A DNA stretch of 64,000 nucleotides from Chrysomallon squamiferum (taxonomy: Eukaryota > Animalia > Mollusca). Position 1 is the first letter of the stretch. Each line of letters begins with the position of its first letter. Made by a program: the position numbers and the translations under genes. The stretch is from assembly GCA_012295275.1 (NCBI GenBank), contig CM022677.1, positions 23,312,001 through 23,376,000 on the forward strand, in the 5' to 3' direction. The notes beneath the pieces were generated by a model. That model searched no databases and had not been told where the DNA came from. It saw nothing but the letters and a program-made list of their open reading frames with translations. Below, piece by piece: positions 13,542 through 27,357 of the stretch.

Positions 13542-14197
13542 GTTTCAAATTGATTAAATTCGGGGAAGTTTAATAGTGGCGGATAGGTTTGGGTACGAAT
13601 TACTGTTAGACATCAAATTATTTGCTCTTGATTTTGTTTGTTTTCTTGAAACTAGGAAGTACAAAATCTTTTTAAGTTAATGACATCTCTTCATAAGGTA
13701 ATACTAAAAATTAATATATTTATTGTGTAACACGGTTAAGAAGTCATAGCCAATATTGTGTTAAGAAGACGATCGATTTCGAACAATAACTGAGGTTATT
13801 GAAGTTATTTTATAAATTTATTTATCTAGTTTAAAATAAATGTTTTCAGTTTATATTTGCACTTTGGGTGATAGAGAGACAGAAACAAGTATCTAATTAC
13901 TGGGTTTATACATGATGTCGCGATTTTAATTTATAAGGTAAGTTGCTGAAAGTAAGTGTTATCGCCGGACGACACAACAAAATGGGTTACGTTGTCGTTT
14001 CTCAGTTTTAGGAAATAATTTTATTGTTATTTTAATATTAATTTTTCTTCAGTTTATTTTTTAAAATAGTTTTTATATTTAAAACTTATGAATTATAATT
14101 TGATTTCGCTTCCAGATTTCCTCCCACCCACAAACTATTGTTTTGACATATTAACGAAACTAGGAAGTGTATTGGAATTCATCAAAGACTTCAAAAG

Positions 14198-14599
14198 ATG
14201 ACCGACATGCAAAAGATTACTGGACCGATGAATGCTCTCACTTTAGGTTCACCAATTCCTTCTCCACTGTCTGGTATGTTTATTTGGGTTTTAGTTTGCT
14301 GAACTAGGAGATTTATTTATTTATTTACTTATTTATTTTCAAATAGTTCTAAATTTGAAATAACTATATAGGCCTACAAATGAAGGCTAATGAAAAAAGG
14401 TAATGAATAATTTTTTTTTAGTAAAAAACAACAGTGAAATAAATATGTAAAAATCTACAACCGTCAATGTATATTCCTAATTCCAAAAATCTGAAAACTT
14501 TTTGATCCCACAAATATTAGTAAGAGATCCTCATCATATTTCGCACTTTGGACACTTCTTGACAGTTCTTCTAGTTGTGGAACAATATTTCTTGTAAAG

Positions 14600-14630
<31 letters not shown>

Positions 14631-17600
14631 AAAAATTAACCATGGTAATTAAACACAATCACAGCTTGCAATTAACATATATATATATAGCTTAACAAAA
14701 TAATAAATATCATTTAGCAAAATAATATATTATACTTTAACAAATAATATTTTAATCATTAAGTAAAATATCAACATATTTTAAAAATAGATTTTATAAT
14801 GTAGATAATAAGATGTAGTCTTTTCCTATAATTATTATTATTTTTTAATTATCATTATTATTGTGATTGTAATATTATTTATCTTACTTATAATATTATT
14901 ACTGGAGCTGTTGATAAACAGTTACTAAAAATTGAAATAACATAATATATGAATTGACGAAATTTCGGAATGTTACAAAAACAACACTGCAAATTGCAAT
15001 AATGATTTAAAATATTTATTAAAATTATAATTCTTGTTTCAGTTCGGTCAGGCATTGCATCACCTGTGACTGTTGCTGGAGTAGAAGACACTGTGGCTTC
15101 ACGTGAGAAAAGTAAGTTGAAGTTATAAATACACAGTGTAGTTTTTATCAATAGATGTGTGCAAATCTAAGAAAACGTCACTTGTGTCAATATACATGTG
15201 TCTGTAGTGCTCTGTGTTTTAGTATATGTCAGAAAATAAGTTTGTGTTCTTTTGTGTTAGGGTTAATGTGAATGTTTGCTGTTTGGCTCTGTGTTAATGT
15301 TGATGTGTTTGTGAGTTAGGCTTGCTGTATTTGTGGGTATGTGCATGTGTATTTTCAGATATGTGTGATTTTGTGTCTGATCTCTGTGCTTACTATATGT
15401 GTAAGTGTTTCTGTCTACCTCTGTGATGTATGTGTGTGTGCAAATTAATTTCATCTGTAGGTACATAATTAATTTATAAAAAGAAAAGAAAAAAAAAAGA
15501 ACAAAAAGAAACCAAAAAACCAATACAATCCCTGCACAAAAAAACAACAACAAGGAGGTAATATCTTAGTACGAGTCATAACTTTCAAAACAAACCATGG
15601 CTTCTGTTACTTCTACACGTGACAAAAATAAGATAGTTATAGATGGCTACATTTATGTGAAGCAGAAGGATCTCGAACGAGATGTGGTGTCGTACGAGTG
15701 TCAAATATGTAGATGAGGAAAGGTTAATAGTGGACAGTGTAAGGTTAAGGTCAATGGAGAAGCAGTGGGCAGACTGAATGAACCTACTCATGCGCCAGTT
15801 GTCGGCAGATCTCAAGCAATACAAGCTTGGGCAACTATGAAACGCCCCGCATTGGATACCATGGAAACACCACAGCAGATCCTTGCCACTGGCTTGCAGC
15901 AAATCACAATTAATAACTCCATTCAGAACCATGAGAAGGGCAAACAACACCTCAACCGTGACACAGTTCTCGTCCATTTCTAAACGGGAGCAATCATGTT
16001 CCCAGATGTTAATGTTCACGGATGCCTCTATCATCTAGCCCACTATGTCTGTCGTCGGATGCAGACTTCAGGATTACAGCAGCGCTATCATAACGCTAAT
16101 CATGGATTATTTCCAGGTTTCGTTCATTGGGCGTCCAGGTCATCGAACAGGCGAGGTCCCACATTTCCACACTCCCTGTGGAACTGTTATGATCGTGTTG
16201 AAGCTGGTCTACCTCGAACCAATAACAACATTGATGGGTGGCATCAACGCGTGGCTGCTTGTGTCAGCTGTTATCATCCAAACATCTGAATATTTCTGGA
16301 CATTTTGAAGAAGGAACACTCACCTAACAGAATGACTAGATCCTAGCAGGAGAAGGTCCACCCTCTCAGCGACAGGTATACAGAGATATCGGGCAACGCC
16401 TACAAACACTAGTCAGGGACTACCAGAACAGACCCCGTCTCAATTTCCTGCGTGGTGTGGCACACAATCTCTAAATGTAAATTTATTATAAACTCATTCA
16501 ACAGAATTTGCATTTCATTGTTTCATTTACGTTTTCATAATAAAAGATATAATAAACGGGGTAAACATCGGAGAGGGAATTGCCCTGCAACTGGTTTTTT
16601 TTAAACCTTTCACTTACACCACTACAGACATATGTGGTTTTGTATCTCTGTTTCTCTGCATTGTGTTTATGTAACTTTCTTATTTATGATATTAATTTTT
16701 TTTATTTGTTAAATTGTAGGTCATCTCAACAATAGGATTACTGAAGCCCACAGTCTGTTTGTGGAAACAAAAGCTTTCAGACATGCTAGAGATGCTCTGG
16801 CTGATGTTCAACACTTGATTCTTCTAGATGCGCCAGGCTGTGGCAAAACAACCATCTCCCTGATGCTGATGAGAAAATACATTAAAAAAAAATATCGTTA
16901 TTATTTTATTGATTCCAACGATGATTTTAATGTTATACATGACATTAATACTCGTGATAAAAATGTGTTGATTTTTGATGACTTTTTTGGAAAAAGTGGT
17001 TTAAAAGATTTTGTAAAATTGTCCAAAACTCTACAAGATTTGGACAGTATTAGTAGTAAACTGAATAATTTGAAACATGATGAGGATTCGCAGCATGATT
17101 TAAAAGTGATTTTCACTTCAAGAAACTACATTTTCGCAATGGCAAAACCACAGCTTGGACAGTACAAACGTACAATTATGAAAAATTCAAACGTAATTAA
17201 CTTGTCTGAGTATCCACTTACAGAGACGGAAAGAAAACAAATGTTATTAAAGCACTGCCAGTCTGTAAATATTGAAATGAGTGAAGAAAAATTAGGAGAC
17301 ATTGTAAAGAAAACAGAAAACACGATAGGCTTTCCCTACAGTTGTAAAATGTTTTCAAAAGTAAACGTTTTCCAGAAAATGCCTGAGTCATATTTTTCAA
17401 CGCCATTCATCTATCTTAAAGATCATTTGGCAGAGATTTTATTGAAAGGGACAGTGCCTGGTCAAGCGTCTGCTTTGGTATTAATGTTTCTACTGGAAGG
17501 AAAACTCATGATCAGAGATCTTGATCCCCGGACACGAAAGGAACCAAAAGTTGAAGAATATATGAACTGTTTATATGCTGATATGACTAAGGAGCCACAT

Positions 17601-20408
17601 GAAATAACTCAAGGTGCCAGGTCTTTGGAAGGTTCATTTTTAGAAAGAGACAACCAGACGTATGTGTTTACTCATCCAGCAGTCTATGATGCTATAGCTT
17701 CTATCATGGGTGAAAGAGATCCCAATTTGATCCTTAAACATTGTCAGATGTCATTCATCCTAGAATATGTTCATCTAGAGACGAACAAGTCAGGGATGAA
17801 CAAAACAGATGATTATGAGTGTTCAGTTACCATACCCGAAGTACATACAGCAATGATGGTAAAACGTTTTGCTGATGAAATAAAGGAACGTAATTTCAGA
17901 GAGACTTTACCACATGAGGTCTTCGAGGAAGAAACATTTGTTGATGATGTCATTGAAGAATTGGAAAGTGATGACAGTTTGCCTGATATATTTCACAAGT
18001 GTGACAGAACACATGGACACTGTTTTTTATTTTGGGCCACACTTTACTCGACACCACAAATTGTGAAAACATCACAAGAAACTAATTTTGTTAAACATTT
18101 TTTGGTGCAGAAAGCCTGTGAACGTTCTGAGTTTAATAACAGCGAACTGCTGGCTGGATTTCTTGGCTGTGCCTTAAGTGGGAACATGAAATCATTTGAA
18201 AGAATCATTGAAAATAAGAATAAATCTTCTAACTTAGAGAACGATAATGTGGCATCAGCAACAGTGGAAGAAATAATAAAAGGAAATTTGTTAAGATCAC
18301 TTTCAGAGGAAAATGAACAAAATTCACAGTTTGCATTCTTTGGCAACCAGAGAGATGGCCTACTTCATGTTGCCTGCATTCATGGTTATGCAGACATTGT
18401 AAAAGAGTTTCTGAAATTAGGGTGTATTGTGAACGGTCGGGGAGAGCTTGGCCGAACACCCTTAATGTACGCCAGCAGATATGGACATGAGGATGTTGTA
18501 AACATTTTACTAGACTTCCATGCTGATATTAACCTTACAGATGACGAAGGAGCAAGTGCACTTCACCTTGCTGCGCGTGGTGGTCACATCAGTGTGATGA
18601 AAATGTTCACTGATCATGGAGTTGATATCAATGAGAGAGGAGAGCACCAGAGAACACCACTGTTGTATGCCTGCAGATATGGATACTATGAGTTTGTAAA
18701 GTTTTGTCTTGACAATGGAGGTGACCTCAGCTTGAAATGCGATTATGATTCTTGTTTACATCTGGCTTGTATTTCTGGTAGACTTGATACAGTGAAACTT
18801 CTGGTGGAGAAGGGAATGGATGTTAATGAACGAGGAACGTTTTCTCGTAGCCCTGTTATGTATGCAATCCGACATGGAAATATTGAAATTGTTGAGTATT
18901 TGAAAGAACATGGAGCAGATTTAAATATTGCTGACGACAGAGGGGAAACTGCATTTTCTCTTGCAGTAGTTAGTGGAAACGTTGAACTGGCAAAACAGTT
19001 CCTTCCATTTGTTGAAGATCTAGTGAATGTATGTGACAAGGAAGGGACTACTCCTTTTGAAAAAGCCAGTGCATTGGGTCACACTGACATGATAAAATAT
19101 TTCATGGACAACAACAGGGAAGTCCTTCCTTTATCTCGTTGGCTTATTTCTGCATCTTACAAGGGTAGAATGGATATCATCAAACTGTTGGTAAAACAGT
19201 GTGATATCAATGAAAAAGGTCACAAAGGACGGACTGCTTTAATCACTGCTTGTCTTGGAGGGCAGGCAGAAACTGCAGAGTTCCTCATTTCACATGGAGC
19301 AGAGGTCAATCTTTGTGATGAATGTGACAATAATTGTTGGAACTATGCATGCAATAGCGGTTCAGTAGATTTAGTCAAAATGCTGCTCAAAAAAGGATTT
19401 ACACTGAAAACAAGAAGTCAAAATGAAATTACTGCTTTAATGTGTGCGTGCAGAAAAAATTCTTGTGAGCTTTTTGAGTTCCTTCTTGAAGCTGATAAAA
19501 AAAGTGTTGAAACATTGGATAAACATGGTTTAAACTGTCTTCATCACTGCTGCTTTTCAAAAAGTGATTGTCCAGTGTTATTAGAAAAACTGATTGCTCT
19601 TGGGTTAGATGTTAACAGCAGAGATGACAGTTTGAAGACTCCGGCTATGTACGCTTGTAGAAATGGTCTGACAAAAATTCTTAAATGTCTTATTAAGCAT
19701 AATGCCAACTTAAAACTAAAAGACAAGAAAGATCAGAACTGTCTACATTTTGCTTGCTGGACTAAGAGAACAGATATTGTACAAATTTTGATTGATCATG
19801 GGCTGAACATTAACTGCATAGACAACAATAAAACTACTCCTTTAATGGTTGCTTCATATAAAGGTAATCCAGCAGTGGCTGAGTTTCTTCTGGAGCAGGG
19901 GGCTGATGTCAACAAACAAAATAGCTTTGCTCGAAACTGTGTACACGAAGCTGCAAAAGGAAGACAGATACCAGTACTTGAAGTCTTCATCAAACATGGT
20001 GTTGACATGTACATAGAGGGCAGATATGGAAGGACACCATTCTTGTGTGCATGTCAGCAGGGAAACACAGATGTTGTAGAGTTTTTTAAAAAACAGGATG
20101 TTAGAATATTGGACAGAGATAGCAATGGAGCCAATGGCCTTCACCTTTGCTGCATGGGAAAGAAAGATAATTCTTCTGTAGCTAGAAAACTGATACACTA
20201 TGGAATAAATGTCAATGATAGGGACAATAATGGAATGAGTCCAATTATGTATGCTTGTTTACATGGTAATGAAGTACTTTTTAATTTTTTATATTCAAAA
20301 GGAGCTAGCATTCATTTTCAGGATAAACGCAGAAGAACATGTTTGGAGTTAGCTAGAAGTGGAGGGAACTCACGGATAGAAGCTAAGATTAGAGAATATC
20401 TAAACTGA
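14198..20408 (+). CDS. nSTAND3-type STAND NTPase + ~21 ankyrin repeat protein, copy 2, ~1277 aa; coding exons 14198-14273, 15043-15111, 16720-20408
   Basis: Same exon sizes, phases and splice sites as copy 1; ~50 aa differences in the 1215-aa ORF (manual count); no stops or frameshifts. Confidence 0.85.
15553..16588 (+). mobile_element. Decayed MULE transposon, intron 2 of copy 2 (left end deleted)
   Basis: FPDVNVHGCLYHLAHYVCRRMQTSGLQQRY (MULE GCxxH motif), PRTNNNIDGWH..HPNI, FLYWCH-like DGYIY..SYEC; stops and deletions. Confidence 0.85.
16720..20408 (+). CDS. Large terminal exon of STAND-ANK gene copy 2
   Basis: Acceptor ttgtag ending 16719; ORF to TGA at 20406-20408. Confidence 0.95.
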
Positions 20409-20728
20409 CTGGTGTGTAGAGGTTTCTTCTCGTACATGTTGTTGTTCGTAACAGCTAATATTCAAGCTGCTTGCAAAATACATACAGAAAAATCAAAAAA
20501 GAAGATAAAAATATCCACATATACACACATACATATTTATACATAAAATACACTGTGTAATAAGCATGTAAAATAACAGAATATGCAGTGATTAACTGTT
20601 TACTCTCTGCAGATACCAGCTTTATTCAGCACAGGTTAGAATGGAAAATGCAGAGAGGCTCTGCAAATATTCTGATACTGATTAGTCATTGATATTGGTA
20701 CATTTCTTTATTTGTATATGTATGTATG

Positions 20729-20762
<34 letters not shown>

Positions 20763-22267
20763 GTTTTTATGCCATTTCAGATGTTCTTAATTCACATACT
20801 TAATTAGAAAGATAGAAACATAATTCAGTTTGTGATTGTTTACAGATGTAAATTTACTTCTATGAATATATTTTGAATATTGTCACTGTTATGAATATTT
20901 ACAATAATATGTATGATGTCTTCTGTTTTATAAATTTTTACATTTTATGGAGATATTATATACCTAATTATAATTTATATTTGACATTGCATATTTTCTG
21001 ACAGAAAGTTAATGTGTTTGTGACGGATAAGGTATTTATTTAGAAACTATGTGAGATAGTATATACCAAATTATTGTTTGATAGTTGTTATTTAAAAATA
21101 TATGGTTTATTATTTAATATTTGATATTTTTATCATAATTATTGCTGCTGCTGCTCCTAACTGAATTTTAATGACAATTAAATATATATATTTAAATTAA
21201 TTTTACTGGAGATGTTTCTAATTTATATTATTTTTATTTATTATTCATGCTGCATCTTATTTAAAATGCTTATTAAAGACATTAATTCCCTATTTTTCTT
21301 TTCTTTTCTATTTAGTTATGTTATAAAAATAAAATATAATTAATCATTTATCCATTTTCTTCTATTCAGAAATGAATGCGTTTTTTATACACCTGTGTTT
21401 ATATGTTGAACTATACATAATTACGTGCTAACGACCGATCTCGAACTGTGAATCTTTTGGTCGATAGCATTTGAAAGGCACTCGCGCACGCTCTCACACA
21501 GTTCAACATAACATACAGTTACTAAAAGGAGGTTGCAAATCTTAGACCCTTTTCTTTGTTGCTTAACCACATAAATTTAAAATCAAGACAGAAATCGAAA
21601 GAACAATAACATAAAAAGATATTAAACAAAACAAAACGAACAAATAAATAATAACAGCTAATGAACGTAGATGTACGAAATGCAACTATTTCTGCGTTTT
21701 TTGCAGACAGATGTCTTTCTAATCTGTCCAGTCGGACGCATTGTTTGCTGATATATTGCAACTTGCTCTGAACACGAGGCAACGGAAGCACATTTCTGCC
21801 ATTAGTAAAACAAGTGTTTATTACGTTATTAAGAGATAATATTTTACAGCGTGTTAATATAACTAGACAATTATTGCGTTATTGCGAGATATTGCATTAT
21901 TAAGAGATAACCACTGCGTTATTTTTTAGAAAACATTGCATTATTACGAGATCACGTTTTAGGCTTTATTACTACATGTTTGTCGGGCATGACGATTGCT
22001 GCTTATGGATATGGCTTTCCGCATAATGAAATATGTGGGACACCAAGATAAGGTTGAAGTAGTTCTGATACCTTTGATATAGCTTAGTACTTTACGAGAA
22101 ACAGCACATACGCTGGACAATGGAAGATATTCTATGATTTTTATCGCAGTATATAGGCTTAACGACGTCAAACATCCTTTTGGCAGAAGTATTTCAAGGG
22201 AGTCCTGGATAACAAGGGTTGTATATATGGAGAATCGAATTATCCCGTATCAATCCAGTAGTATTAA

Positions 22268-22271
<4 letters not shown>

Positions 22272-22325
<54 letters not shown>
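22272..22325. repeat. (GA)n microsatellite
   Basis: Direct reading. Confidence 0.95.
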
Positions 22326-22327
<2 letters not shown>

Positions 22328-22895
22328 CATTCAGATCAAATGTTTACATTAATCTTATAATGAAAAATAAAAGATAAACTTAAGCAATTAATCGGTAAAC
22401 AAGTTAGCTTCATGCTATCTGTAAGAATATTCTTGCATTTTGATATTTCAATTTAAATCAGTGCTTCACAGATTGCTTCTTCTTTTTTTCTTGACTGAAT
22501 CGTTGACATACATAGGCCGAAGAACAATAAAAGTACTCTAGTAAGTTATCAATTTTGGATCGAACGAGGGCTAGGACGTTTTATGGTTTTCCATACTTCC
22601 CTCCAACTTGGAGAGCATTCATGATACCTCAAAATAGATGTTACATGTAACTTCGGAAAATTCCGAGTGCCGTCGTTTACGTAGCTATTAGTGCCCGTGA
22701 CGTTACTGACCGCCATAATTATAATCTGAAAACCATCGGACAGAAAACTAAACAGCAACATGTTTTAATTGCTGCAATTGCATTCAAACAGATATTTGTA
22801 TGTCAGTAAGATATTTTGATCATCTTTTTCATAACAAATATTAATATACACAATTATAAATAAATAAATAAATAAATAAATGAACGAATAAAATA

Positions 22896-22948
<53 letters not shown>

Positions 22949-23455
22949 GAAGAAGAAGAAGAAATAAATAAATAAATAAATAAATAAAAGTTAGTATTGT
23001 AAACCGAATTATCCCGTCAGTGCTCCAGAATTAAATGGATATTCTCCTAATATTAATAATAGTTATCAAACAATCTTATTTCTGATTCCATTTGTACTCA
23101 AAAACAAGACATAAACTACAGCAAAACAGCAGAAAACTGCAAACAAAACAGAATACAAATGACAACAACATAAAAAAAAAAAAAAAAAAAAAATAAACAA
23201 CTGATGATAGGAATAATTAAAAATAAATATTCACAAAAATAGCCTAAACGTGAAACGACCTTCAAAGAATATTAAAATAAATAAAAACGAAAGCAAACAA
23301 CAACAACAACCACAATAAAAAGAAATTTAAAAAAAAAATGATTCAGATCCAATATATTACGGCCACAGACTGTATTTATGCCAAATGATTCATTTCAGAA
23401 ACTGACAAAGAAAACAAAACTCAAGTTTACTTAAAATACAGATCTTCTTAACAAC

Positions 23456-23501
23456 ATGACGATTCTACTGTGGCTTGTTTTTATTCTGGGATTTTTTATA
23501 G
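23456..23501 (+). CDS. Signal-peptide exon
   Basis: ATG in acaacATGa context, hydrophobic [15 protein letters not shown], donor ag|gtaacg phase 1. Confidence 0.75.
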
Positions 23502-23685
23502 GTAACGTTGTACTATTATTACTGTTAGTTATTAGAAATATATATATAGAGGGCTTATTAATAGGATTAAAAATATATAAAATTTTGTATGAAGACAAAA
23601 TTCTACTTTTTAAAGTTGCAAAATGATTGATAACATTCCAAAGGAATTTCCAACACTGATCTGAGTGTTTTTGCAAAAGGCAAGT

Positions 23686-23724
<39 letters not shown>

Positions 23725-23853
23725 TATAATTAATATATTTTTGAATGGAAGAGAACATTTACAAATATCCCTATTCAGTATTAAAAATTGAGAGTAAACA
23801 CTTTTACTGCTGTTTTCATTTTTTACATTATTATTTTTTTTCATTTTGTTGCC

Positions 23854-23905
<52 letters not shown>

Positions 23906-24438
23906 GTTCTTGCATCATCATCAAAATCTGTTTTCTTTTAGCTGAACCATTGGATTCAGGATCAGGTAAAAACACATACATAAAATAAAAATATTGTTTT
24001 GATTTTTCTATCATTATGAGTGATGACACTGCATAATACCTGTACAGGGTAATGGCTATCTTAATGCTTATGAACTGCTTTTGTTTTGAATGTTTATTGT
24101 TAGCAAAGAAAAGTATTTACAATTATAATTACTGAGGATAGCTGTTTATGTATTGTAAATTAAAATCATTTTTTAAAAATGAAAAAAAAAAAAGAAGAAA
24201 AAAGAAGAAACAAAAATTAGAATTACCATGAAAATATACTCTCAGGTGGAAGAAAACAAAATGATAGTTACTGTATTGTATATATAACTGTCACTTTCAC
24301 AGAAAAATCTTAATATTTTATTTATCTTCCTGACCAGTACTGTTACTGTGATAGTTGGCAGAATAAATTTGACATTATTTTATTGTCTTGCAGATTATGA
24401 CAGTAATGACAATGAAAGAGGTAGGTTCACACTGTACA

Positions 24439-24473
<35 letters not shown>

Positions 24474-27320
24474 CTGTGTTAGGTTTTCAGCAATAATATA
24501 ACATGATAAAAAAATGGTCATACTGCTTTTATTAAATATACATTTATATATTACTTTTTTATTTCATTTTAGATATATATTTATAATAATCTGTTTTTAG
24601 GAGATTAATAGTCTTTTAAAGGGTCTTCACATTAAATTATTTTATTTTCATCTATTTCTTGTTCTTATTATTCTCCTTCTTCTTATTATTATTGTTATCA
24701 TCATATTATTATTATTATGTTATTCTATTATTACTACTACTAATGTTGTCAATAATAAATATAATTATTAGTATTATAATTTGTTGTTATTCTTTTTATT
24801 ATTGCTGCAGATGTTTTTTCTTTTCCTTATTTTCACTGAAACTGTTAATTATGTATATCCATTTCTTTTGAAACTGTGGTACTTTGTGCAATGAACATAA
24901 AATTATTTTATTTTATTTTTAGACCATCAAACTAATGAATTTGAATTGTACATGAATAATTATAATTGTACATATATGTGTGTGTGTGTGTGTGTGTGTG
25001 TCTGTCTGCCTAAGAAATGCACATACAAATGTACTTGAACATCAAAAGCTATATAATCCAAAAAAATACTAATTAAATGTCAAAATTTAAGAATCTTTTA
25101 GTACATTTTGCATTATTTATTATACATTATATACATCTATGTCTATATATATATTTATATATGCATATTTTTCCATCAAAACTCCCAGTATTTTCTCCTG
25201 CCTTCAGAAAGGTGAATGTGGAAAAGCTTTTTGCTGCTAATAGAAAAGCATTCATATTATTTACTTGAATAAAATTAAAGAAATAAATAGCTGGTTTTAA
25301 TGAAATAGTATAATCAAAGCTGAATCTTGTTTGTGGCCCATTAGGCTAAAATAAGATTGATGAGTGGTCAATGAGAGTGACCTAACTTTGATTTAAAAAC
25401 TGTTGTTTGTTATTACATAGATGTTGTTAAGAATGATTGTTATTGTTGATATTTATATACTTTTTTTTTACTTATTAAATGCATTTAAAATTTCAGTTGA
25501 ACCATCTGAATCAGGAGCAGGTAAAACTAATTTAAAACATTTATTTATTTATTTATTTATTTATTTATTTGTTTATTTTTATTTGCTTTAGGCAATTTTA
25601 CTTATCTAAAAGATTTAGCCTGTAATCTTACTGCTTAGTGTTTGATGCATTTTCATCTAGAAAAAGGTTATTCCATATAAAGTGCATGAAATACCATTCT
25701 TGCTAATATATGTTCTTTATTATATACATATTCTAAAGGTTCTTATAAATAAATTAATATAATTAACATGTCTTCCCAAATAAATGGAAATAAAATACAT
25801 TGTAATGAAGGATCAAAAATTATTTATTAATTTATTCTGTTTTCAGGTCCACCTATCATTACAGGTGAATATATATATATATATATATTTTTTTTTTATA
25901 TATATATTTTTTATATATTTTATATATGCAGCATACAGACACACACAGACACCCAGACACACACAGACACACACACACACACACACACAAAAACACACAT
26001 CTTACTACACACCAGAGGCAGCACTGTTTTATTTTGTTTATTAATTTATTGAAAAACAGATTCACAGAAAATGTTTTTAACATTTATCTGTTTCTTCTTC
26101 TTATTATTGATACTAATCATAATATTCATCATCATAATCGTCATAATGATTATTATGATTATTTTACAATTTTATTAACATTATTAATATTACTGTTGTC
26201 TTTATTATCACAATTCTTCTTAAAATTTTGTTATTATTATTACTATTAGTATTGTTATTATCTACTTGCTGTTAAAATCTTATATTATATTAATTATCAC
26301 TGCAAATAATCTTCTTATTTTTTATAGATGAAGAAATCCCCAGTGAAAAAGGTATCTTCAAAAAAACAATGACCCCCCCAAAACATCTTAAATAAATAAA
26401 CAAACCAAAACTACCTAAAAAACCACATAAGAATTATCTTTAGGCATTAGTTGGTTTAAACCTGTATTTATGTAATTTTATTATCAGAAAAGGTTCTACA
26501 TTATTGTACTATATTGTAATATTATTCACTATTATTACAGTATTTTATATTTAGCAGATCACTTTTTGATACAGTTATTACAGACTATATTGTACAGTGA
26601 ACAAACAGCTGTTTAATACATAGGCAGGCCAAAATATCTGCATTCTTGTTTTGTTTGTTAATTTATTTATATAAAAAAACTAAAACTAAAATAAATTATT
26701 GTCAAAAAATAAACAATAAAAAAAATTAAAAAATACATAATAAATAAATAAAATAAAATGAAATAAAATAAGAAAAATAATTTAAAAAATGAAATAATAG
26801 ATTTGATAAAGGGTCTTCATATTAAATTATTTTCTTTTCATCTATTTCTTGTTTATATTATTCTCCTTATTATTATTGTTATCATCTTCATCATCATCAT
26901 ATTATTATTATTATTATTATTATGTTATTCTATTATTACTACTACTAATGTTGTCAATAATAAATATAATTATTAGTATTATAATTTGTTGTTACTATTC
27001 TTTTTATTATTGGTGCATATGTTTTTCTTTTCCTTATTTTTACAGAAAATGTTTATAGTGAAACAGGTATTGTGTTTTAATCTTACATAAAGAAACAAAT
27101 AAACAATTATAATTTGTACAATCAGAACAATTTTAAATGTGGCCTTGCTGTGTGGTGAGAAATAACAGAAGGAAAACGCATGTACTAGACAGTATTGTAC
27201 ATTTAATAAAACACTTTTTAGTACTAAACTGTGAGAAATAAAATTAGGAACAAACCACTATACAGCATGTACATTTAATATAACAGATTTTGATATTATT
27301 TTTAGGTCTATACACTGTAC

Positions 27321-27357
<37 letters not shown>

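Noticed and set aside
24923-24947. Possible extra micro-exon (accatcaaactaatgaatttgaatt)
   Set aside because: 25 nt with a weak donor; would break the frame
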